Source of the DNA: Toensbergia leucococca
Lineage: Eukaryota
DNA length: 64,000 nucleotides
Direction: 5' to 3'
NCBI GenBank assembly: GCA_022813965.1
Contig: JALDZS010000023.1
Span: 124,001 to 188,000 of the forward strand
Part shown: positions 49,149-59,651 of the stretch, piece after piece
How positions within the stretch are numbered: the stretch's first letter is position 1
Layout: each line of letters opens with the position of its first letter
Program-made: the position numbers and the translations under genes
The notes under the pieces: model-generated
The model's input: the letters and a program-made list of their open reading frames with translations, nothing else
Databases searched by the model: none
What the model was told of the DNA's origin: nothing

Positions 49149-51055
49149 ATGAGCAAAATAAGCTGGCAAGATACTGCCAAAACAGCCCAAGAATATCGTG
49201 ATGCTAGCATCAATCGTATTGAGCCAGCCGTGCCAGATGTTCCTCGCGAGCTCCCTCGGGATGTGACTACCATACCAGAGCAATTGCTTACAACAGAAGA
49301 AGTGCATATAACACAAACCACGGCCGAGGACCTTGTTGCTGCTCTTGCTACTGGCAAGCTGATGAGCACACAAGTCACAAATGCTTTTCTGCGCCGAGCT
49401 GGCCTTGCCCAGAAACTCGTATGTCTACTTTATTAACACATAGGTAACGCAACAGCTTGGCTGACTGCTAATGCTGTAAATGGAAGGCTAATTGCATCAC
49501 TGAGCTCCTCCCCGAACGAGCATTGACCAGAGCCAAATACCTAGATGACTTTTACGCCCAACATAAAAGACCAATTGGCCCTTTGCATGGCCTACCCATC
49601 AGCGTCAAGGAACATGTGGGTATGAAAGATCTCGGCCTCAATGCGGGATTCGTCAGCTGGTGGGACAACAAGGGGAAGGACGATTCTCGCATTCTTAAAA
49701 TTCTTTGGAATGCAGGTTGTGTATTCTTCGCTCGCACAACCCAACCACAGACGTTGATGCACCTGGAGACTTCAAATAATCTCTACGGCGTTACGGTAAA
49801 CCCTTTCAACCGCAATCTTACATCTGGAGGTAGTTCGGGTGGAGAGGGTGCCCTCATCGGATTGCGGGGAAGTTGCTTGGGTATAGGAACAGATATTGGA
49901 GGCAGCATACGCAGCCCTGCAGCGAATTGCGGCCTTTATGGTCTACGGCCCACGAGCTATCGTCTACCCACTGATGGATGGGCAGCTACAATGATGGTAT
50001 TAAGGATGACCCTTCCTTAGCGCTTCACTTATAGATCTGATATGATTTAGGGTGAAGAACAAATCGTTCCTGTCATAGGACCTCTGAGTACCAGTCTGGA
50101 AGGAATAAAGCTTTTTATGAAGACTATTATCACAGCGAAGCCGTGGCTTGAAGAAGCATCTTTACTACCGTTTCCGTGGAGAGATCAAGAATCACACCTC
50201 GGATCAGGACAGGGCAAAAAGCTCAAGATAGGTGTCTTATGGAGCGATGAAGTTGTAAAGCCACATCCACCAGTTATCCGTGCCCTAGAAGAGGTGGTAA
50301 CGAAGCTAGAAGCAGTAGATGATGTTGAGATTGTCAGCTGGAAACCGTACAAGCATGATGAAGCATGGGAGATCATTGCTAGCTTGTACTTTGGCGATGG
50401 AGGCAAGGAAGAATCAGATGCTATTGAGGAGAGCAGCGAGCCTTGGAGACCATTGTCAACGTTTATCATCAAGGAAAATCCATTTGTGAAACATCGTAGT
50501 ATCGAGGATGTGTGGCACATGACCGAAAGAAGAGAAGCGTATAGACGAGCATATGCTAAGGTCTGGAATGACACAGCTACAGGCACGAGTAAGACAGGTG
50601 AACCCGAAGGCGTGGTGGATGTCATACTTTGTCCTGTGGGTCCTGGAGCTGCGCCGTTGATAGACAATGCCAAATACTGGGGATATACTAGTCAATGGAA
50701 CTTATTAGATTACCCAGCATTAGTGTTCCCGGTTTCAAAGCTGGATCCGGAACTCGACACGGTGGATAAAGAATACCAACCTATGAACGAACAAGATGAC
50801 TTCAATTACAAGCTATGTCCGTGGAATTCTCTACCTTATTGATGGTATACATATCTCGGTCTAACCTGCATCAGATGACCCCGAAAAATATCAGGGTGCG
50901 CCAATTTCGCTACAGCTCGTAGGAAGGAGATATGACGACGAGAAGGTGAATTCATCTCCATAGTAATGAGGAAAACATTGACAATGGAGTAGGTTGTGGA
51001 AGCTCTTGAATACATCAAGGAGAAGGCTGGACTGCCTTTCTCCAGCTATGTCTAG
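49149..51055 (+). CDS. Amidase-signature family amidase (acetamidase-like), 4 introns
   Basis: GPLHGLPISVKE, GGSSGGEG, GTDIGGSIRSPA, YTSQWNLLDYPA and PISLQLVG motifs. Confidence 0.93.
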
Positions 51056-51722
51056 ATTGATTGTCAATCTTGGATATCTCAATACTATGAAGTCTTCAAG
51101 TACGAAGCATAACCAGGACGATGGCTCCGAGTGTTCTCTCTAGTGTCTCTAGAGTTCCTACTCGAAAAGTCAATAAGTAATTCTTAGTCTGTATTCAATA
51201 TTCTCTCATGCGGGTTCTTTTCTCAATTGGTCTCCTGGTCTCTCGCACCTCCGACCAAGCAATCAATATCACTACTTCATCTTCTGAGTATCCCATTGCT
51301 TAGTCTTGAAGCTCTTGTTTTTTTTGAAAGTGGTTCTAGCTCCAGCCATACAAAGTAGAAGCACAATACAAATTGGGAGCTTGCTGTTGAGTCCATACAG
51401 CAAAGCAAAGCATTGTGTTCACTTTTTTCTTGGGAAATGGCTCTTCAAGTAGCCGAGTTACAACCAACTACCTACCTATTCATTTCTGGTAAGATCTTGG
51501 TCTGGGGAACGGACGCTCAGATTCATTTGCAAGTGCCGCCGAGCCGCCCAGGCACGGGCCCACGTGAGAAGTCTCACCGCGCCAATGCAACCAACTTAAA
51601 CGTGTTTTTACACGCGCTTTTTGGTAGGAAGAAACCTTAATTACTTATGTCATCGTTGCACCCGACTTCAACAACCTCGCTGTGTCTCATTCTCTATACA
51701 TTCTTACTGCGTCTCCCTCATA

Positions 51723-53777
51723 ATGCAGACCCTGTCACTGACTTGGAAAGCACTTGCTTACACTATTCTTACTGTTTCATGCCACGGTAAGCAATGATGC
51801 AACCAATAATTCTCAGTCAATAGAGGATTACCGAGTACGCTTCATAACTGACCTTCTCAAGCATCTAACATCATACAACGAGGCGCCTCGCTGAGATTTG
51901 ACACAGCTCCCTCGTTAAGTACATTACAAAGTCGAGCTTATCCCAATGCCCCCAATGGCTACACTCCACAGGGCCAAGATTGCCCCACAAATAGGCCTGT
52001 TATTCGCGAGGCATCGGGCCTCTCGCCTAACGAGACAAGCTGGCTGGAGGTGCGCCGGAATATCACGGTAGACCCCATGCGAGAGTTACTAGAAAGAGTC
52101 AATATTACTGGCTTCAATGCCAGTTCATACATCACCAACAATGCTCACAACACTACCGCTTTACCGAATGTTGCCATTGCTGTGTCAGGAGGTGGTTACA
52201 GAGCTATGTTGAATGGAGCGGGCGCCGTACAAGCCTTTGATAATCGAGAGGCGAATTCAACCACAGTCGGACATCTAGGTGGACTACTTCAAGCTTCCAC
52301 ATATCTCGCTGGACTGAGTGGCGGAGGATGGCTCATTGGGAGTATCGCCGTAAATAATTTCACCACGGTTTCCGATCTGCTGAATTCAAACATAAGTTCA
52401 ACATGGCAACTCCAAAATTCCATTTTCGAGGGACCCTCAGTTGGTAGTTTCCAGTTGCTCGATAGTGTTGAGTATTACGACGAAGTCTATGAAGCAGTGG
52501 ATGGTAAAGATGATGCTGGATTTCCCGTTTCTGTCACAGACTATTGGGGTCGAACTTTGTCGTATCAGCTTGTCAACGCCAGCGACGGTGGGCCAGACTA
52601 TACCTGGTCATCCATTGCGTTGGACTACAACCTCACTAGTGGTGATTTTCCGCTGCCGATTCTTGTAGCTGATGGCCGAGCGCCTGGCCAGCTTCTGATC
52701 CCAGGAAACACAACCGTCTACGAGTTTAGCCCTTGGGAATTTGGTTCCTGGGATCCAACTATCTACGGATTCGTGCCGTTGGAATTTCTGGGATCCAACT
52801 TCTCCAACGGCGTTCTTCCCTCCAATGAAAAATGCGTTCGAGGCTACGATAACGTAGGCTACGTCATGGGAACTTCCTCATCCCTTTTCAATCAGTTCCT
52901 GCTCCAAATCAACAATACGGATATTCCTACAGCGTTCAAAACTGCTCTCACACACGTACTTAACGACGTCTCCACCTCCGACGATGATATCGCCGTCTAC
53001 AGCCCCAACCCTTTCTTTGGCTACAACAAAGCCAATTCTCTAGAAGCTCAATCCACAAACTTGACCTTGGTAGACGGTGGAGAGGACGATGAAAATATTC
53101 CGCTCCATCCCCTCATCCAACCCTTACGCCACGTCGACGTCATCTTCGCTGTCGACAGTAGCGCCGACACAACGACCTATTGGCCCAATGGCACCTCCCT
53201 CGTTGCAACCTACCAGCGCAGCCTCAACGGCACCGGGATTGGAAACGGCACCTCCTTCCCTTCTGTGCCAGATCAAAACACATTCGTCAACCTCGGCCTC
53301 AACACCCGCCCCACCTTCTTCGGCTGCAACTCCTCGAATACCACAGGCCCTACCCCGCTAATCGTCTATCTCCCCAACTACCCCTACGTTTACCACTCCA
53401 ACATCTCTACCTTTACCCCTACCTACAATACTTCCACCCGCGACGCCGTCATCCAGAACGGCTATGACGTCGCCACCATGGCCAACGCAACTACCGACTC
53501 CCAATGGCCCGCTTGCGTCGGCTGCGCAATTCTGAGCCGCAGCTTGGAAAGGACTGGTACCCCTGTGCCGGATGTGTGCACTAAGTGCTTCCAGAATTAT
53601 TGCTGGGATGGAACGCTGAACAGTACCACGCCGGCGACATATGAGCCGGTCATGACGCTGGCTGGTGCAAATGCTACGAAGAGCGCTGCTTCTGCTGGTA
53701 TAAGGGGTACTTCTGGAGTTGTTATTTTTGCTACTGCGGCGGCAGCTGCAGTAGCGATCGTTGTGGTTGTTTTGTGA
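51723..53777 (+). CDS. PLB1: Lysophospholipase/phospholipase B, secreted and probably GPI-anchored; intron 51787-51861
   Basis: Signal peptide, [31 protein letters not shown] and a hydrophobic C-terminal tail. Confidence 0.93.
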
Positions 53778-54114
53778 GATGTATATTTATGGAGAGAGGA
53801 ATATTGTGTATGATGGCCGCATTTCTGAGACGCGGTCTGGGCAATTTTTGCGACGGTGCAGGGGCATACATAGACTTGTTCATTCATTGGGAGAAGCATG
53901 GAGGTTCTAATACTGCATAGCCTAGGAGTTCTTTTTATGGGGGGGGCAGGGGAGGTTGAAGGGAGGAATAAATCCTGGTTTTTCCTGTTCTATACACTAC
54001 TTCATATCCCTCTTCCGAACACCATGCACCTAATCGATTGTGAACAATCGTTTCTCTTTGATTAAAGTAAATGAATCAATGAGAAATGTTGAGTCTCAGT
54101 CTTGATTTATACTA

Positions 54115-54838
54115 CCGTATAATCTGTCATATAAGATACTAGTCCTTTAGTCCGTTCATCGTCCTAAGTTCAATTGGAACCATATCTTATACTCCCGTAG
54201 TATCCTTTAAACAGAATCATGTCTTATACTCGGTCCTCGGGCAAGGTCTGAGCTGAAAATCAATACAGTCACTTGAGATACTCATCATACTCACTATCAA
54301 CCTCTCTAACACATCCCCGCCTCATCTTTACACATCTCATCTGTACACATCTATCTAGTCATGGCCCCCCTCATACTCCCTCAAAGGGACAGACTATATT
54401 AACAGACTGAACTAAAAGACCTGAAGAGACAATTGATGGACGGTGAAAAAATTGATCACTGATTGTTTGATGAGAAATCACTAAGCGATCGGCGGTCAAT
54501 TTTTTCACCCCCCCCTCCGAATCAGTCTTGAGTCAGTGAATGAGAAGAAGGAGGAGGAAGGGGAGAAAAAGGGAAGAAGGATGAGGAGGGGAAGGAGAAG
54601 AGGGAGGAGGTTCAGGTATTTGACACTGACGATGAGGATGAGAATGAGTATGAGTCAGCCAGTGAGGATGAGTAGAAGGAGGTGAAATACATACCTGAGA
54701 CCCACCCCCCCCCCCCACATGTAGATATTATCTTATAGATCAAAACACCCTCAGTCTACAGAAATCGATTTGGAACCATATCTTATACTCCCATAGTATC
54801 TTGTAAACCGACCATGTCTTATATGACAGATTATACGG
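54115..54838. mobile_element. 724-bp non-autonomous Tc1/mariner/pogo-type TIR element
   Basis: Perfect 22-bp TIR CCGTATAATCTGTCATATAAGA, TA on both flanks, ~55-bp subterminal direct repeat, no transposase ORF. Confidence 0.88.
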
Positions 54839-57800
54839 TATCTTATGACCTGAACTCTGATGACGTCTATTAACTTCATGATCAAAGAACTGTTGAAGGA
54901 TGAGGGAGTCTTGTCAGATCTTCGTCTCTAAAATTCTGTGAATCTGTTTATACTATGTAATAAAACTGGATTATGTAGAGTGATATACAACTTCCTGACC
55001 AAGATCCTGCTGCCGTTTGTTTGCGTAGGTGTCATTGAATCAAATCACAGGCGTCAAAATGTTGTCATAGGCGTCAGAACAAGCGCCGCAATCTGAAGTC
55101 ATGAATGGGCTTTGGGGTATCCGAACATGTATCTCTAACATCCAGCTAAATTAGTGCGTTTAACGTCCACCTCGACGGTGAAGCTTTGCAAGTCGTCTTC
55201 GTTTCTTCAGCCAATGAGAGGTCTACCTGGACGGATAGACGGGGACGGTACGGATCCCTGATTCCGAGGGACATGCGGCTGAGCCTTGTAAGGAATAGGG
55301 CTGGGGGTTCATGTCTTGGAAAAAATGGTGCGAAGTACCCGGAATGTTTTCAAGACATGTAGCTCAGTCATGTGAAAGATGAGACTGGGTAAAATGCCGG
55401 GTTTCTTGTTTCATCTCAATCTCTTGTCCTGTAAAGGAGGCGTATCTTGGTTTCCGCCATACGGGACATATCCCAAGATATGGAATTGGTAAAAATCATG
55501 GAATCCTGGTCTTTGATCTCGATCTGCGTTCTGAAAAGCACCTTGCTATTCTGACGTGGTAGTTTTAGCGAATGATTCTGTGAGGATGTTCAAATTAGCA
55601 AGCGCATGATGCAGCAAGGAAAGCCAGCATTTGATCTCGATTGATAATTTCAGAAGGAGGTCGATAGGTCAGCTGAGAGCAATGACGGGAAATTCATTTT
55701 TAACAGTGTCAGTGGATTCATTGAGCCGTGATTGTTTTAGGATTTTGCTTTGATTTCGCTACATCTACCAATATCTTTTCATGGACCATGGCGCCCAGCG
55801 CTGTGGCTTGAAGGATCTCGTTAAAAATTGACAAGGGTGACCACAGTGGTGGAATGTTGTGGCGCACGTGCTTGTGCAAAGATGATTAGCTGAGAAGATG
55901 AAAGAAGGTGGGGGGCAAAGATCGAGATGATATGGCAATGCTTGATCTGGTTACTTGACAGTGAAGAGAATTGTGAAGGTGGCGGACTGAGCCTGCATTG
56001 TGGGCTTTTCCTGGTGTGGGGGTGTTCGTGGGGGTGGTGGTCTTGCGTTTCAAGAAACGTTGTGGAAACACCTATGGGCGAATCAGAGGATTTCTGTTGA
56101 GCGTGGGGTGAGAAAATGGGGGTAAAGTAGTATTGAGGGGCTTCAAAAAAAGAATAGAGAAAAGGAATGACTAGGAAGATCCTAGGAAGGATCATGCTGA
56201 AGGCGGCGTGAAGCAGAAGAACATAATAAAAGCAATTTTTGAGAATGTAAAGCATTTACTATTCTAAAAGACGTTGCAAAGAACAAAACAGGGTTGGTGG
56301 GGTTTAGATGCATTCGTACGTAAGCACCATCAAATTCGTTCCACGCTCATTACTCTGTAGTGTCCCTCAAGCACAACCAACCGAGGAACACATGATTGAT
56401 CAGGCACAAGCGGTGAAGGTAGTAAGAAATACATCAGTTTACTGTAAATTACAGCCATAGCCACTAGCGAGTTGAATGTCTGAGGCCTTTAGATTTTCAG
56501 GAGTCCATAAGCCACGTTCGAAGACTTCAGCTGTGCGAGGTGTGGTGATGGTTGGTGAGCGAACGATGATGCACCCAAGGTATATTTGGCTCAAATAGGC
56601 AATTGCAGGGGAGAATTCGAAATTGCGAGTACCAATCGGATAGTTTAAGATTTCCATTTCCATTTCCACCCTGCTACTGCTAGTACCGAGCAATGGAAGT
56701 GGATCCGACCGGGCACGCGGGACCGTGGGGCCGTGATTTGCTCCCTTGATTCTCGAACCAGGAATGGCCTTCTGTTGGACAAACGACCCAAAACGGCTAG
56801 GTAGATGACGTTTTTCATCTCTTCTCCACCTAGCGGTTACCACGGAACTGGAATTGGAAGTGAGACATGGAAAAAGCACATGGTTCGCTGATCAGCTGCA
56901 ATACCACGTTGCGTGGCTGCTGATCGTCATTCAAAATTGAAACCATCTACCTAGTTCTACCCAATTACCGTACCTGTACGAGTACCCGTATTTTAAATGA
57001 AAGAGGCTGAATGGAGGGTATCAGATACACGTAATACAAAGAAGCCACGCCAGCCACACTCACAACAGAGCGAGTCACTGGGCCGTGGACAATTTTGATT
57101 CGAGCTCCAGGTTCACATCTTATCCTCTTCTCTATTCGTCCCGTCGCGCGGCCGCCATCAGAGGCTATGGTGTTCTTAGTACGAGATGGATGGCTCCTCC
57201 AACGGCCATGGCTCTTGCTGCCAGCATCGAGACTAGGATGCTCCTTGGGTACATGCTCCGTCGTCTACTTTCGTGTGAGGAAACAATTAGACTTTTGACA
57301 CAAACACGGCCTCGAGGCGAAAGGGATCGTCGCACGTATGCATGATCCCGTCATGCACGACGTCGGCATCACGCTACCGCTTAGTCCTACACAACAGGAC
57401 GCCCGGCCAGGCTACTCAACAGTCCCGAAAAGCGCCCCTTGGGAATGGCCCGACGTCGGTAAGAGTAACATCCCAACCTTACATGTTGTGGGGAGTCTTC
57501 GAATGAAGGTGTGGTGCTTTGTTGGTGGCTTGCAAACCTTCAGGCACTATTCGTACTTGTTCCAGCTAACGTCTTGGGCAGAGCTGCAGCTGAAGCGTCA
57601 GGAGCCTCCAGTCTTGCTAAGCTTCCGCCCCTTCCCTCTCGTCTTGCCGTTGACATGCGATATGCTTTCATTTTCATGACTAGTGAGCATCGAATGTGGC
57701 AGCTGTCATGCGGTACCGACCTCACCAATTCTTCGCCGATTATTGCTGCACTGACAAGAGGAACTGGAAGCATCACGTAAGATAATTAAGCATTGCAAAT

Positions 57801-58109
57801 CGATGTCTCTATGTACAATAGCCGCATAGATAGATGAATTGAGGATAAAATGTAGTCCAGAACTGATGACAGCCCAATGTAATGAACCCTCGATTATCAA
57901 TGCTGAGAAACAGTGGCGGCATTTGATGTACTGTCTGACCACCACAGCCGCCTGGCATCACAAATGACGCAGCACGCTGAACGCTGAACGCTGACACAAT
58001 GCCGACGGGGGGTATCAAGATGGAAGAGAAGCAAAGGAACGCATTTAAATGAACGCTTAAATACCGCCCAATTTTCAGACTTGGATGAGACGTAAATATC
58101 CTTTGATCA

Positions 58110-59651
58110 TTATCTGCTGGTCCAATTTCTCTCAAAGCTAGGAGGCTCTGCAGGATCATAAGGGCTAGTTCGGGGAGGGAAAGACCCCTGGGCAGGCAGT
58201 CCACTGCTAGTAGCTACGAGTCCTTCTGCATTGGGAAACGGATAGGAAGAGGGACGGTCATATCCTCCAGAATGTGGCGCTACCGTGTTCACTGGCTGCG
58301 GTAGACTATGGGCCGTTGTATACGCATCTGTGCGCCGTCGAGTATTTCTCCCATGTCCACCACGATCTTCCTGTGCCTGCCATTGTGCACCACCCAAAGA
58401 TACATTGGCAAGCTGGGCGAGCCGACGTTGCCTTGGAGATGGAGGGCGTGGGCCAATTCGGACCTGACTTGGAACACTATAGGCCACACCACGGAAATAA
58501 TCCCTTTCAAGTCGATAGAATTCTCGTTCTTCAGCAATGTCCCGAATTTGATGCTCCAACTTTGCAATATTTTGGGAGGTTTCCTTCTCTTTCTCTTTGC
58601 GGCGCTGGCGAAATCGAGAGGAGGCTTTAGCGTTGCGCTTACGTTTCTCGTCAGCCATTTTCGACGCAGCTTGCGTATCAATTGGTACCTGAATGGGACC
58701 TTGATCCGTGTCCATGGTCATGAGCTGATATGTGTTTTGCCCCATCGTGCTTGGAACCGGGCCATAGGAGCTGTTGGGGCCAAGTGTGATCTGAGGTAAA
58801 GTAGAGGTTTCGCCAGGTGCCGTGTAAGAAGACCCCAGATAAGTCAACGGTTGTGTAGCAGATACGTTGGATGGTGGAGCAGGAGAAGTACGGCTGAGCT
58901 GACTGTATGACGAAAATGAACTTGGGCTGTCACTTTGGGACGCTGGGGCTTGCGAAGCTCCTCCACCTAGTTGACGATCTGGAGTCTGAGCAGAAACACT
59001 TGAGAGGGGGTAAGATGGCCCAGAGGTAAGAGACCGTAAGGGACCTGCTGATGCTTCTGGAAAGCTAGAGGCTTCAAACCTTGTTTGGCCAAAGTAGTCT
59101 TTCGAAACAACAAACGGCGAGCTTCGCGCATCTATAGTAGCGCTGGGTAAATTTACAGAACCAATGGTTGCAGCACGACCCATCGGCGATCTGGAGACAA
59201 GACCTCGACTGGGGGCATACCCAGTGGAAGAGGGATGTGTTGATCCCGAAGAAATGACACTGGAGGTTGATCTATCACTCGGGGACTGCCCTGACGTGGT
59301 TGCAGGGTATCGTGCGGATGCTGTCAAAGGACTAGTCTGTGCAGCTACTCGCCGATGATTATGATTTCCTGGAGAATCGGATTGAGAGGGATTCAGTATG
59401 TTTTGCATGCGTAAAGGTCGCTGCTCGGGCTCATTAGGACTTGCTTCGGAAGTTGACAGCGATCCAGTCACTGGTAGCACTGATGGACTCTGTGTCGTGG
59501 AAGATCCATAGCCGGCGAGGGTTGATGCTTTAAGTCTGTAGCCATCGCCAATAGGCGGTAGAGTTCTAGACTGCCTTGAAGAGAATGCTTCTTGGATGCC
59601 ATCACGAGAAGGGTTGGATTGGGGAACAGAAACAGTGGACTTCTGTGACAT
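58110..59651 (-). CDS. bZIP transcription factor
   Basis: GPIQVPIDTQAASKMADEKRKRNAKASSRFRQRRKEKE basic region plus zipper; first in-frame ATG at 59651. Confidence 0.9.
   Translation of the reverse strand: MSQKSTVSVPQSNPSRDGIQEAFSSRQSRTLPPIGDGYRLKASTLAGYGSSTTQSPSVLPVTGSLSTSEASPNEPEQRPLRMQNILNPSQSDSPGNHNHRRVAAQTSPLTASARYPATTSGQSPSDRSTSSVISSGSTHPSSTGYAPSRGLVSRSPMGRAATIGSVNLPSATIDARSSPFVVSKDYFGQTRFEASSFPEASAGPLRSLTSGPSYPLSSVSAQTPDRQLGGGASQAPASQSDSPSSFSSYSQLSRTSPAPPSNVSATQPLTYLGSSYTAPGETSTLPQITLGPNSSYGPVPSTMGQNTYQLMTMDTDQGPIQVPIDTQAASKMADEKRKRNAKASSRFRQRRKEKEKETSQNIAKLEHQIRDIAEEREFYRLERDYFRGVAYSVPSQVRIGPRPPSPRQRRLAQLANVSLGGAQWQAQEDRGGHGRNTRRRTDAYTTAHSLPQPVNTVAPHSGGYDRPSSYPFPNAEGLVATSSGLPAQGSFPPRTSPYDPAEPPSFERNWTSR

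Noticed and set aside
56890..56925. Small hairpin GATCAGC..CCACG-TTG-CGTGG..GCTGATC
   Set aside because: Too short to distinguish from chance.
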